IMG/VR virus record: IMGVR_UViG_3300017740_000007
Coordinates: 1 to 52,639 of that record
From: a virus
Lineage: Duplodnaviria; Caudoviricetes
DNA length: 52,639 nt
Reading direction: 5' to 3' (one strand)
The stretch's first letter is position 1. The number at the start of each line of letters is the position of its first letter. The notes under the pieces were generated by a model, which was given only the letters and a program-made list of their open reading frames with translations, searched no databases and was not told the origin of the DNA. A program made the position numbers and the translations under genes. Of the stretch, positions 35,007 to 45,683 are shown in pieces.

Positions 35007-36182
35007 TTAAGGACAAGGTGGACAATGAACAGTGTCGTCACAAGCGTAAGCAACACCGGATTGAATTATTGAATCAAAGGTAGCACTATTTATTAAAGCC
35101 TGTACCGTTGCACATTTCTCTCCTCCTGAACCTGTTGCACCTTCTTTAAACTGAACAACATCACCTACACTAAATCCTCCGTATGTAGAATTTGATGCAG
35201 TCCATACATCTCCGTCACAACATTCTTGTAATCTATATCCATTAGGAACACAAGTTCCTGTGTTTATTACAACACCATTTTGAATTTGAATCCAAGGATG
35301 TGGTTCGCCTACTAAGTTTATAAATCCATCTGAAGCAGGTGTAACACCATTTTCATCAATAAATATCATATCATATAATGCAGGGTTTGTTGCAGTTCCA
35401 TTTATTGGAACGTGGTAATAACTTTGAGAAGGATTTAAATTACACTGTAAATCCCCTGTTGTAGTGCTTCCTTGAAAGCTAGTAAGTGCAGTAGGACACT
35501 GTACTCCTATATTCCATCCCGTTGAACCACAAGGTCCATAAACCTGTACCTGCATAATACTTGGAGAAGGAGTTGGTTTTGGTATTACCATCATACAATT
35601 ATTCGGAGCATTAGTTGTTAATTGATTACCTGTAGAGGTGATAGTAATAATTTGTTGGTTTCCTGTAGGAACAAATGCACCACCTATGTATTCGTCTTCA
35701 TTTAAAGTATAAGTACCTTCTATTGCTCCCGGAGTACCACCATTACAATTTGTTTGACTACCAATTCTACCAACAAAAGTTGGAACAGTTAAATCAGGAA
35801 CACCTGCATTGTTTGCTTGTAATACACCTTCAGTTGCTGAAACTAATTTATTATAGCTTGAACTATCATATGTTACTATGATACCATCAGGAATTGAAGC
35901 AGGATTAAATGTGACTATTGCGGCTCCTGTGTCAGTACTTGTTCCACCTAAGTCAATGTCAACAATAAATACACCTTGGTCTCCTGATGCAGCTATAGTT
36001 CCATCACAAGGTTGAGCACAAGTCCCACAAGTTTGTGCAGGAAGTAAAACACAATTTAATAATTGTCTGCTTACAACACCATCTGAATAAAATCCATCTG
36101 CCGCACAAGTAGTTAAGTCAGCATCATCAAATACAGATGTTGAGTTTGTTAGTGTTGTTCCGTCTAAATAGTATGTAGCCAT
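35007..36182 (-). CDS. Cys-rich virion surface/fibre-like protein
   Basis: Thr/Gly/Cys-rich; AADGFYSDG motif. Confidence 0.6.
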   Translation of the reverse strand: MATYYLDGTTLTNSTSVFDDADLTTCAADGFYSDGVVSRQLLNCVLLPAQTCGTCAQPCDGTIAASGDQGVFIVDIDLGGTSTDTGAAIVTFNPASIPDGIIVTYDSSSYNKLVSATEGVLQANNAGVPDLTVPTFVGRIGSQTNCNGGTPGAIEGTYTLNEDEYIGGAFVPTGNQQIITITSTGNQLTTNAPNNCMMVIPKPTPSPSIMQVQVYGPCGSTGWNIGVQCPTALTSFQGSTTTGDLQCNLNPSQSYYHVPINGTATNPALYDMIFIDENGVTPASDGFINLVGEPHPWIQIQNGVVINTGTCVPNGYRLQECCDGDVWTASNSTYGGFSVGDVVQFKEGATGSGGEKCATVQALINSATFDSIIQSGVAYACDDTVHCPPCP

Positions 36183-36198
36183 AATTTAATTTTATATT

Positions 36199-39100
36199 TT
36201 AACAAGACCCATTAGTCCCTATTGAATTTAATCCCGGATTAACTGTTCCTGTTTGTGCACATATTGTTTCTTGGTCATATCCTCCTACACCACCTATTGC
36301 TCCACCTGCTGAAGTTCCATCACACGCAGTGTATGAAAAACTTTGTGCTTGTGGTGAAGATGTAGATAATGTATATGATGTACAACTAACTCCACTTGGG
36401 TCAGGGATATTACAATGAGTTGTGTCACCACAAACATATGATACACCTGTTCCATAAAGTGTTCCGGTAGGAGTTAAAACAGATGGTGCTAAAATTTCAC
36501 CACATCTAATTGTTCCACCTACAGTGCTTTGATATTGAACCACATCCCCAACACTGTAAAGACTATTAGTGTCTTCAATAATTACAAGGTTACCGGTATC
36601 ACAATCAGAAAGTCCCCAAATAGTAGCCGAAGGACCTGACCCTTCACAAGAACAACAAGCTTCTGTTGGAGATGCTCCATAACACAAATCTAATGGTGTA
36701 CTTGTTCTAAAGTCCCAAATTAAATATAAATATTGTCCTTGGTTTGGCATTGTAAAGTCCGCATAATATGCAGTATTACCATTTGCCGGTGGGTTTATTG
36801 GTGTAGCCTGTGAAGATGCCGCTAACAATGCGAGAATGTCTGCAGGATTATTACCATATAATGTATCTGTTCTTAAATACTTAAAGTCATCTTGAACAGG
36901 ATTAAATACATAGTCATCTGCTCCAAGAAGATTAGAGTACATAGAAACAGTAGAGCCATTAGTTGGTATAACACCACCTCCTTGTGGTCCTGTTATATCT
37001 TCATATAAAGAAACAATAGGATAAGTACCACCTATCATTGTAACTTCTTCAGATTGAAGAGGAGATATAAAAGGTCCATCAACCCAACGATATTCATCGT
37101 GTATACTTAAACCTGTATCAGCATCACTATTTAAGTGTACCAATTTAATTGTAATTATCTCAGCTTGAGGACAATTAACAGTTAATGTAATAGAAGCATA
37201 ACCCGATGTTTGTATTGTTATCTGTGCTTCTTGATTTAAGATTAAGTTTTTATTAAAACTTAAAGTGCCTCCTGTAGAAACATTTCCTGTAGTAACATTC
37301 TGTAAACCATATTCAGCATCAATTTTAAAAGTTCCTACTAAAGAAGAAGAATCTACCGTATAGTCAATATCAACTGTCCCTATAGTTTCACCTACATCAA
37401 CGCAATATGTAAACACTTCTTTTTGAGTTTGTAAAAGAACTTGTTGTGTTATACCACATTGAGTACAATCAATCTCTAAAGGAATTTCTGTACAATTAGA
37501 TGCTAATACAAACTCATTCATATAAGTATCGTACCCTCCTAATTTTTGAGTAAACAAACTATCATTAAATAAATCTCTAAACCAAGGTCTCATACCTTCT
37601 GCAGATATGGCTTTTAATCTTTCGTTTTGTGCTGAGGTTCCTGTAAGTTGCAAAACAACTCCTCGTTTACCATCAGTAAAATATTTGTCAGGTCCATATT
37701 GAGCAAAGCTTTCAGGGTTATGGCTTATACCATACTCTTCTATCCTAGCTATTTGTGTTCCTAAAACTTCAGGTACAGAGGTTAATGCACTTCCACCTGC
37801 AGCATCTGAAAGCAAATTCTTTCCTGATAATACATAAGATATTTTATCTTCTTGTAATGTAAGTATATCTGTCTCTCTTGCAAATAATTTTTGAACAGGT
37901 CCAAATGATTGTTCTAAAGCTTTAAAGTTTAGTAACCCTGCATTAAACTCGTTTAGTTTGTTTACGTTAGATTCTGCATTATATACACCACTATAAGTTA
38001 TATCGGCAAACCTATGCTCTTCTTTGTAGGTTTGAGCGGTAGTTGTAAATGCTCTGTTACCCAATACCATTTCTTTACCAATAATAGAATCTTGAATTCT
38101 ATAACTTTCAACTCCATTTCCAAATGAAAAACAATTAAAGAATGCAGTTTTTATAATAGCAGGAGAGTTTGTTGCAATATCTTGGTCTTGCTTATTTCCA
38201 GAATGTTCACCGGTAGCAGTGTTGATTGCATAAGATTGAGATGACTCATACCACAAATCAGGAGAAGCATCTTTTGGTAATGTTTCAAATACAGTTAATC
38301 CACTTGCTCTAATTACCTCAATATCAACTCTACATCTAGATTCCTTTTTACTACCACCATATCCCTTCGATGCTTTAAAAACAAAATATGTTCTTCCTCC
38401 GGATTGATAAAAGTTTGAGTAAACATTACCAACGCTACAAGGTCTATTACCTGCAGACTGATAGTTATTACTATAATTAGGACCGTCAACTCCTGTACCG
38501 TCATCATTTGCTAAACCTGATAAAGCACCGGCAATATTATCTCCTTCAAACCAATTTTTAAAATTACTATATTCCTGAGAAGCGGTAAAAGTTGTATCAA
38601 CTTGCCATAGTTTTTTAGGAACATTTCCAAATAAAGAATCTATGTTACCCCTTCTGTAACTTCTAAGTTTTATATTAACTTTAGTACCTGCAGGTAAACT
38701 GTAATCTATATAACTACCGGGGTTGTTTGGGTCTTCTGTATCTACAGGGTAGTTAATAGACCTACAACCACTTCCGTTATTATTTTTTTCTCCATAAGCA
38801 ACAACCGGTAAATCTCCTACCTCAGTAGAAAAATTATTCGCTCTTAGTTTCATATAAGTACCGGCAGGTACAGGGATATCGTTTCCATTAACATCAATCG
38901 GAGCAGGGTCCAAAAAGTCTTTTGTTTTGGCATCTTTTTCAAGAACCGTTGTATATGTACAACTATCTCTTGGACCTTGAGTGTCTACTTTTACAATTAA
39001 TTCATCACCAAGTTCTATTTTTTGTGAGTTCTGACCTTCTAATAAAAAGTAATCTGCTCCACTAGCAGGGTCTCTGAAAAAGAACTGTGAATATATTGTA

Positions 39101-41043
39101 TTGTATTGCTCCTTATCAGGCTTTATACAAAACTTATATCTAGTTGCCCAAGATGGTGCAAGTTGTGATGTTGGTATATTTACACTAATTGTATTTTTAA
39201 ATTCTGATGAAGAACAAGGAATATGCACATTATTATTTAAACTAACTTGTGCTGAAGATGCTCTATTAAATTCATCCATATAAACAATACCAACCTCATA
39301 TCCTCTGTTACTATGTAGACTTGATGGGTCTCCTAATTCTTGGTATACCGCATCTACTAAGTTTATTTTATAGTACTCCCATACTGTTTGTGTTATAGCC
39401 ACACCTGTAGGGTCGTCTACAAAAGACATAGCTAAAAGCTGAAGCTTTATGCTAGTTGAACCCGGAGAAGCAATAATTTCTATAGGTTGACCTGTAGCAC
39501 TTATACCACTTTCGTATTTAAATAATCCTGATAATTCATTTGAGATAACACAATTAAACAAGTCAGTTAATGTTGTACCATTACAAGAATTGGCAACTGT
39601 TTGAATGTTAGTTGTAACACCAACCTTCTCAGCAAAATCTACCGAAGTAGCTAAATCATATACTGAATTGAAGTCTGTTGGTAGTATATATGTAAATTCT
39701 ATATCTTGCTCTTGTGTTGTATCAGCAGGGAATGGTGCTTGTCCTGTCCAACTGTTGTGTTCAAACCTTATCAATATATTTAACGTAGCACCCTGTATTA
39801 AGTCTAATCCATCTAAATTTACTTCAACAACACTATTCTGTATTGCTTGAGCACCATTAATACTATAGTTTCCCTGTACAGTTAAACCTTCTAAGTCAGT
39901 TCTACCTATTGATTCTTGATTTGTACCTACAGTATATTCAAACTTAGTTGGTACCGACTCTCTCGATAAATCATATTGCTCATAATAATTACCATACATT
40001 AATCTGTTACCCATCATTGTTTGAGCCTGTGCTAAATGCGGTACATTATCATATAGTCTCAAAATTTCTGACGAAGGCAGAATAGTAAATATCTTACTGT
40101 TGTTAAAATTAAAATTGTATTCTGTATTATCAGCTAATCCTACATCTTCCTTGTTTAATGATTCAATAACTTTAATTATTGAACTATTCATATCTTTAAA
40201 AAGTATATCTACTTCCTTTACTAAAGGACCACCTGAATTATATCTTATTGTAGCAGCATTAGTACTATTTAACATACCTGAATTTAATGCCGTACTGATA
40301 TCATATTTAAATGTATTAGGTATAAAGCTAGGTTCTGAAAATTGTGACGTTGCTGAATACTCACCATCAGCATATTTATATCTGTATGCAAAACAAATAA
40401 ACCTATCTTCTAAAAAGTTATCTTGACTTGAAGTTGCTACAGGGGTTACCAAAGGTACTTCTGAAGGTGGTTTTTTAATAACCATAATCTCTTCAGCAGA
40501 AAATGTATCTAGTGATGCGACAGGATTTGGGTAATTTTTAGTTACATTTATTTGTCTTGGTGGATTATAATTATCTGTCCAATACAATAAATTTTCAATT
40601 TTATTTACTCCTGTAATTAAGTAATCAGAATTAAAGTTTAATGTGGTTTTAGTTTGTGTTGTATCTAGTGGGTCGCCAATACTAATAACGTGGTATCTTA
40701 ATAGTAAAGTCTGTGCATTGTATGAAACAATTAAATCAACTACACCTGTTAATGTTCCGGGTCCACCAAAATTAGGGTCGTGAACAAACCAATACATAGT
40801 TTCAAAAGCACCATCTTCAAAAGCACCAATACATTTAGCTTGATTGCTTAAATTATCATTTAAATACTTTAGAGAGGTTAATTGTTCGTTACCCTTAGAG
40901 TTCTCTATTACACCTATTTCAGAGCCTTCAGTAGAACCCATACGAACATTAAGTGCATCAACGTACTGCCCTTGAGGGACAAGACGTTCATCCACCATTT
41001 TATTCATTTTCCCTTGAGTAAAATTTCTTGTCGTAGTAGCCAT
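36199..41043 (-). CDS. Tail stabilization/nozzle protein with Cys-rich C-terminal extension
   Basis: GKMNKMVDERLVP.GQYVDALN, LYWTDNYNPPRQIN, FAYRYKY, GNRLMYGNY, YGISHNPESF. Confidence 0.75.
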   Translation of the reverse strand: MATTTRNFTQGKMNKMVDERLVPQGQYVDALNVRMGSTEGSEIGVIENSKGNEQLTSLKYLNDNLSNQAKCIGAFEDGAFETMYWFVHDPNFGGPGTLTGVVDLIVSYNAQTLLLRYHVISIGDPLDTTQTKTTLNFNSDYLITGVNKIENLLYWTDNYNPPRQINVTKNYPNPVASLDTFSAEEIMVIKKPPSEVPLVTPVATSSQDNFLEDRFICFAYRYKYADGEYSATSQFSEPSFIPNTFKYDISTALNSGMLNSTNAATIRYNSGGPLVKEVDILFKDMNSSIIKVIESLNKEDVGLADNTEYNFNFNNSKIFTILPSSEILRLYDNVPHLAQAQTMMGNRLMYGNYYEQYDLSRESVPTKFEYTVGTNQESIGRTDLEGLTVQGNYSINGAQAIQNSVVEVNLDGLDLIQGATLNILIRFEHNSWTGQAPFPADTTQEQDIEFTYILPTDFNSVYDLATSVDFAEKVGVTTNIQTVANSCNGTTLTDLFNCVISNELSGLFKYESGISATGQPIEIIASPGSTSIKLQLLAMSFVDDPTGVAITQTVWEYYKINLVDAVYQELGDPSSLHSNRGYEVGIVYMDEFNRASSAQVSLNNNVHIPCSSSEFKNTISVNIPTSQLAPSWATRYKFCIKPDKEQYNTIYSQFFFRDPASGADYFLLEGQNSQKIELGDELIVKVDTQGPRDSCTYTTVLEKDAKTKDFLDPAPIDVNGNDIPVPAGTYMKLRANNFSTEVGDLPVVAYGEKNNNGSGCRSINYPVDTEDPNNPGSYIDYSLPAGTKVNIKLRSYRRGNIDSLFGNVPKKLWQVDTTFTASQEYSNFKNWFEGDNIAGALSGLANDDGTGVDGPNYSNNYQSAGNRPCSVGNVYSNFYQSGGRTYFVFKASKGYGGSKKESRCRVDIEVIRASGLTVFETLPKDASPDLWYESSQSYAINTATGEHSGNKQDQDIATNSPAIIKTAFFNCFSFGNGVESYRIQDSIIGKEMVLGNRAFTTTAQTYKEEHRFADITYSGVYNAESNVNKLNEFNAGLLNFKALEQSFGPVQKLFARETDILTLQEDKISYVLSGKNLLSDAAGGSALTSVPEVLGTQIARIEEYGISHNPESFAQYGPDKYFTDGKRGVVLQLTGTSAQNERLKAISAEGMRPWFRDLFNDSLFTQKLGGYDTYMNEFVLASNCTEIPLEIDCTQCGITQQVLLQTQKEVFTYCVDVGETIGTVDIDYTVDSSSLVGTFKIDAEYGLQNVTTGNVSTGGTLSFNKNLILNQEAQITIQTSGYASITLTVNCPQAEIITIKLVHLNSDADTGLSIHDEYRWVDGPFISPLQSEEVTMIGGTYPIVSLYEDITGPQGGGVIPTNGSTVSMYSNLLGADDYVFNPVQDDFKYLRTDTLYGNNPADILALLAASSQATPINPPANGNTAYYADFTMPNQGQYLYLIWDFRTSTPLDLCYGASPTEACCSCEGSGPSATIWGLSDCDTGNLVIIEDTNSLYSVGDVVQYQSTVGGTIRCGEILAPSVLTPTGTLYGTGVSYVCGDTTHCNIPDPSGVSCTSYTLSTSSPQAQSFSYTACDGTSAGGAIGGVGGYDQETICAQTGTVNPGLNSIGTNGSC

Positions 41044-41044
41044 A

Positions 41045-41968
41045 TTATTTAATCCACTTATCTCTACCCCTCATATTCATTAAAAGTCTTCCGGGGTGTA
41101 TATTACTTATTCTGATTTTTGCGTTTCTAAGCAATGCTGATTTACGCTTTCTCAGTCTATTTACGATGTACTCTTGTACACCAACTTTAGAACCAAGTAT
41201 TGCAAACTCAATTGCGGCATAGATATAATCTTCAAATAATTTATTTACAGTAACTAAACTATCGTTACCATTTTCCATACCATCTGATACATATTCTAAC
41301 ACACAGAGTTCTCCTGACATTCCTGAACTAAAGTTAATAACACCACCCTTTGGATTAATCTTAAAGGTAGGATTAGCGTTGGCAGTCTCCGTATTTAATC
41401 CGTAGTGAGCACCAATACCATACTCAAAAAACCATTCACCGTCACAAAAATATCCTTCTTTACCATTGTAAGGGGAATTTGCATTTAGATAAATAGACCT
41501 TTTACCACCATAAATTCTATCATAATCTAAATCTGAATGTTGAGGTTTTAATGCGTTGCCATCTATATCAAAAAGAATTCTACAATCACTATCTTGTAAA
41601 TATGCAGAAGACCAATTGGTTTGTATGTTCTCACTTAATGGATATAACAATCCATCTTTATACATAGAAATCCTCACCCAATTAACGTAGTCATTAGGTA
41701 AGACATATCTTAGTGTATCACATACGCTTAATTCTAAAATTTTAATTTCTTTAAAAGCATCATAGTTTAATTCCTGTATCGCTCTTTTTGCGTGGAATAA
41801 TACTTTGTACCTTTCTTCGTTGTTTACAATACTATGGTTTCCTGTATACATCAACATAAAATTGTTGACAATATCTTCTAATGAAACATATTGATATGAA
41901 CCCCAATTAGCATCTTCAGGATTTGCACCGCCATTTTCATAATATTGATAATCGTTTATATATGCCAT
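41045..41968 (-). CDS. Structural protein (head-tail connector/ring)
   Basis: Position; LPNDYVNWVRIS. Confidence 0.65.
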   Translation of the reverse strand: MAYINDYQYYENGGANPEDANWGSYQYVSLEDIVNNFMLMYTGNHSIVNNEERYKVLFHAKRAIQELNYDAFKEIKILELSVCDTLRYVLPNDYVNWVRISMYKDGLLYPLSENIQTNWSSAYLQDSDCRILFDIDGNALKPQHSDLDYDRIYGGKRSIYLNANSPYNGKEGYFCDGEWFFEYGIGAHYGLNTETANANPTFKINPKGGVINFSSGMSGELCVLEYVSDGMENGNDSLVTVNKLFEDYIYAAIEFAILGSKVGVQEYIVNRLRKRKSALLRNAKIRISNIHPGRLLMNMRGRDKWIK

Positions 41969-41970
41969 AA

Positions 41971-42927
41971 TTATTTTTCTTGTTGTTCGCTTTGTGCTTC
42001 TTCACTTCCTGCAAATTGAACTGCTTGAATCTCTCTAATACTCATTCCGGCATATTGAAGTATCTTCATAACTAAATTTACTTCGTCATCATTTGGTAGT
42101 TCAAAGTCTTGATAATCAACTGCAGTCTCATCAAATGCAGGTTCTCCGTTAGTTAAAGTAACATATGTCCATTTAGGTGTAAAAGGAAATCTTATATATT
42201 GAGAAACCAATTGCCCAACATTACTTACTGTATCAGGATATATTTCAACAGTCAATCCGTTTTGAGTATATGCAGGATATGTTAAATTAGGCTTAGTCAA
42301 TATTGAATTATTAAGCATTGTTATCTTAGTATGTGTAACTTTTTCAGCTTCCTTTATATCTCCTTTTTTATAAATAGAATATAAAAGCGGTTGTACGTTA
42401 ATGTTGTTACCACTTGTTTGAATAGTAGTGTCATTTAGTATATTCAGAACAGTATAATTATAAGTTACTCCGGCTATAGTTATTCCAACAATATCTCCTA
42501 TAGAAATACCATCTGTTGTAAATGTAGCCGAACCGTCAACAATAGCATTTTGACCACCCACAACTCCATCAGTTGTTCCTGATACTATTAGATTATTATG
42601 TACTAAGTTTTTATTAATTAAATAATAATCATTATTTGTCGTTGTTAAAGATGGTAAAAAATAATTGTTCCCACCCGCATTTAACAAAGGTAACGTAACA
42701 GAAAAAGTATCAATAACTTCTTCCAATCCCTTTGTTATATCTGCATATCCTGTTCCTGACTGTCTTGCATTTTCTTTCTGCAACTGATAGTTGTATGAAT
42801 AAAAATATGTTTCAAATAAATCTAACTGTGCTTGTTTTGCAAACAAGTTAAAATCTGACGGAGAAATATATCCGTAATTATTTTTATTCAGGATGGACAT
42901 CACTGTTTGTCTTACTGAATTTATCAT
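41971..42927 (-). CDS. Structural protein (adaptor/ring)
   Basis: LNKNNYGYISPSDFNLFAKQAQ; ATG 42927 preferred because the TTG at 42945 lies in the promoter box 42943-42950. Confidence 0.65.
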   Translation of the reverse strand: MINSVRQTVMSILNKNNYGYISPSDFNLFAKQAQLDLFETYFYSYNYQLQKENARQSGTGYADITKGLEEVIDTFSVTLPLLNAGGNNYFLPSLTTTNNDYYLINKNLVHNNLIVSGTTDGVVGGQNAIVDGSATFTTDGISIGDIVGITIAGVTYNYTVLNILNDTTIQTSGNNINVQPLLYSIYKKGDIKEAEKVTHTKITMLNNSILTKPNLTYPAYTQNGLTVEIYPDTVSNVGQLVSQYIRFPFTPKWTYVTLTNGEPAFDETAVDYQDFELPNDDEVNLVMKILQYAGMSIREIQAVQFAGSEEAQSEQQEK

Positions 42928-42953
42928 CTGTAATCTTTTGTACAAAGATAACT

Positions 42954-42987
42954 AAAAAAAAAAGACCCCTTCAAAATGAAGAGGTCT
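42954..42987 (-). terminator. Intrinsic terminator
   Basis: AGACCTCTTC/GAAGGGGTCT stem followed by a T-run on the minus strand. Confidence 0.75.
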
Positions 42988-43012
42988 CGCTTTTAGTTAG
43001 GTAGATTTAAGT

Positions 43013-43324
43013 TTAAGGATTGACTTCAATACAAGTAATACACTGAAAATCTAAACTCTTAAGGCTTACGTCTGAATAATCTCCTTCAAACACAACCTTT
43101 GAAATCGGTTTCATCCAATTTGTTGTGGCAGCTATAAAAAGAGCCTCATTAACAACTTCTTGAAAACCACTTGTCAAATCACTTCCTTTAACTTCGATTC
43201 TATAATTTGAACCTTTTAACTGAATGTACGCTAGTTGACTTGTTGCTACTTGGACATTTAAAATAGCATCACAAGCTACAAGTTCTTTTCCGGTTTCAGT
43301 TTCAAATTCTAAATACTTTAACAT
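43013..43324 (-). CDS. Hypothetical protein
   Basis: ORF track. Confidence 0.65.
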   Translation of the reverse strand: MLKYLEFETETGKELVACDAILNVQVATSQLAYIQLKGSNYRIEVKGSDLTSGFQEVVNEALFIAATTNWMKPISKVVFEGDYSDVSLKSLDFQCITCIEVNP

Positions 43325-43345
43325 AATAAATAATTTAAGGTTAGT

Positions 43346-43373
43346 AAAAAAACCTACACCTTCGTGGTGTAAG
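43346..43373 (-). terminator. Terminator-like hairpin
   Basis: CTTACACC-acgaa-GGTGTAGG-TTTTTTT on the minus strand. Confidence 0.65.
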
Positions 43374-43401
43374 CACTAAACCACAAAGATACAATATTAT
43401 A

Positions 43402-44148
43402 TTATAGTGTTTCGAGGTGTTTAAGTACGTCAATACCTTCGTCTGATTGTAAATAAGAAACAACTAAATCTAAACCATCAGCACCGAATGGTACATTAAG
43501 CATTTTAGTTTTATTAGTTGGGGTGTTATACCATACTTCCTTTTTACTTTTTCTATAAGCTAAATGCCCTTTATCAAAGAATGATTGTACCATACCCATA
43601 ATCTTTAATTCAGGGTCGCTACAAATATCTAGAAAATCTTGAGGATTGTTCTTAGCAAAAACTAAAACATCTCTTTTCATTTCTGCAGTAGTTAGTTTAT
43701 CTACATTCGTATTAAACAAAACTCTACATACATTCTCTAATTGCTCAAGAGATAGTTTCTTAGCTTCGACTAAAGCATCTGCTTCAATCATAAGTTGGTC
43801 TACTACTTGTGCAGCATCTTTAGATTTATCTACCTCAACAAACTTAGTTCCGTTTAAAGGATGATAATGTAGAAATTGTTGAAGTACTTGGTTTTCTTTT
43901 CTAACAAACAAAAATCCATCTTCAAATATTACAGGCTCTAGCAAAGCATTACCATCTTGCTTATCAACAAAAGGTGACTTTTGATTTCTAGCATATCTAA
44001 GTTCACGGTTTGTACCTGTGCTCTCATCAAAATGTAATAAAGGAAATCTTCTTGAATGTTTTATTGGTAGCATAAAGGAAAGAGGTGCTACATCTCTTGT
44101 TAGTTTATACTGCTTATCAACGTAAACAGTTGTCGTCTTTTTTTTCAT
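43402..44148 (-). CDS. Phage protein following the capsid gene
   Basis: RELRYARNQKSPF, IFEDGFL; position. Confidence 0.65.
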   Translation of the reverse strand: MKKKTTTVYVDKQYKLTRDVAPLSFMLPIKHSRRFPLLHFDESTGTNRELRYARNQKSPFVDKQDGNALLEPVIFEDGFLFVRKENQVLQQFLHYHPLNGTKFVEVDKSKDAAQVVDQLMIEADALVEAKKLSLEQLENVCRVLFNTNVDKLTTAEMKRDVLVFAKNNPQDFLDICSDPELKIMGMVQSFFDKGHLAYRKSKKEVWYNTPTNKTKMLNVPFGADGLDLVVSYLQSDEGIDVLKHLETL

Positions 44149-44172
44149 TGTATTAAATTTAAATTAAAGTTT

Positions 44173-44203
44173 AAAAAAAGGGAGTGTCTTTGAAGACACT
44201 CCC
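44173..44203 (-). terminator. Capsid gene terminator built on 16-bp palindrome copy 10 (44184-44199)
   Basis: GGGA-GTGTCTTCAAAGACAC-TCCC-TTTTTTT on the minus strand. Confidence 0.88.
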
Positions 44204-44218
44204 CTATTAAATATCTGC

Positions 44219-45658
44219 TTACTCTTGGAATAAGAAGAAGTTGTTTGCACCTAAAGTACATACTGCTCTTTCAGATAGGAAGTGAACCTCCATAGCATCT
44301 AAGCTAGAAGTTTCTGCTCCACCTGCAGAACCTGTAATCCAAGTCTTGTAACGTCTGTCTTCAGTTTCTGAAGCTCTATATCTAACGTGCAAGAATGGTC
44401 TCTTAGCATTTTTACCAAGGATTTGGTCATATACTGAAGTAGAACCTGCAGGAACTAAAAGTCCATTAACTCTACCTGACCCTGCACCTGTAGGTAATCC
44501 ACCTCTCATTGTTGGGTCATTCAAATATTTCCAATCAGACTTATAGAAGTCATAACCTCTTCTAAATCCTGTGAATCCTAAGTTAAGTGCCATTTCTTTC
44601 TCATTGTCAAAAAGACCATAAGATACACCACCTGCTGCATTAGATGACTGCTGAGAAAGCATATCGTCAATGTCGAAAGAGAAATCTCTATCTACAAATA
44701 CAACATTCTCTTCAATAGCACCTTGCTTATCAAGTCTTGAAATGATAGAATCCCAATCAGCTAAAATAGTTGGGTTTCCTCCACCCCAAATGTTTCCTCT
44801 TTGCTCTACTGCGTAGAAGATACCATCTGAACCTTTGTTACCTACCATCTCAGCACCTGCTACTGCTTGAGTAGCTGCACCTGAAGTATTACCTGCAGGA
44901 ACTGCTTCAATCATTGCAGTCTCTAGATAGTCGTCAAATCTCAATCTAGTTTCGTGCTCAGACTTCATATACCATAGGTATCCATTTGCTCCATTTTCAG
45001 TTGTTACTTCAACCCATCCAATCTGTGCCATATCAGAACCTGATACTGCATATTTATCTTTAATGATAATTGGAGAGTTTTCAAAGATGAAGTCATCAGC
45101 TTCTAGAGAATCTTCCATTCCTACTGTTCCTTTTCTGAATTCAGAACCGTAGATGAACATTGTAAACTCAAGACCTGCTCCTGCTACCGGTATTCCATTG
45201 TTGTCATAGAATGCAACACTTACTACTTTAGTAGCATAATCAACTTTAGTTACTACTGCTTTAGCTGAACCACCACCTGCATTATCAGAGATATATACAG
45301 TTTGTCCTTTTCTAATAGCGATACTATTACTAGCACCGAAAGCAGGGACACCTGCATCTCCAATAGTGAAGTCAGCTTCGTCAGCATTAATTAATGCCGC
45401 AGTTGTACACTTTACATATTTAGTATGCAATCTTCCTTGTTCTGCCCATTTGATAAGGTCAGAGTTAGATGGCATTTCTGCACCTACCATTCTTAGGAAG
45501 GATGCGATTGTTCTATTACCATATCTTTCAAATTCTTTTTCATAAGTATCAGGTAGATACTGATTCAAGAAATCAAAATTGGTAATGTAGTTAGACTTCA
45601 ACGGCACTCTTTGTGCACTTGGTTGTAAGTCAAAACCGGGTACGTTTAATACACTCAT
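44219..45658 (-). CDS. Major capsid protein
   Basis: 479 aa after the scaffold; biased codons; WAEQGRLH, LNLGFTGFRRGYDFYK; followed by a strong terminator. Confidence 0.85.
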   Translation of the reverse strand: MSVLNVPGFDLQPSAQRVPLKSNYITNFDFLNQYLPDTYEKEFERYGNRTIASFLRMVGAEMPSNSDLIKWAEQGRLHTKYVKCTTAALINADEADFTIGDAGVPAFGASNSIAIRKGQTVYISDNAGGGSAKAVVTKVDYATKVVSVAFYDNNGIPVAGAGLEFTMFIYGSEFRKGTVGMEDSLEADDFIFENSPIIIKDKYAVSGSDMAQIGWVEVTTENGANGYLWYMKSEHETRLRFDDYLETAMIEAVPAGNTSGAATQAVAGAEMVGNKGSDGIFYAVEQRGNIWGGGNPTILADWDSIISRLDKQGAIEENVVFVDRDFSFDIDDMLSQQSSNAAGGVSYGLFDNEKEMALNLGFTGFRRGYDFYKSDWKYLNDPTMRGGLPTGAGSGRVNGLLVPAGSTSVYDQILGKNAKRPFLHVRYRASETEDRRYKTWITGSAGGAETSSLDAMEVHFLSERAVCTLGANNFFLFQE

Positions 45659-45683
45659 TTTTTAATTTTTTAGTTTAACAATT

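Noticed and set aside
34688-36565. Half-sites GTGTCTT near 34688 and 36549 (also near 4024, and AAGACAC near 13492 and 17822)
   Set aside because: Only one arm present; a few 7-mers are expected by chance in 52 kb.
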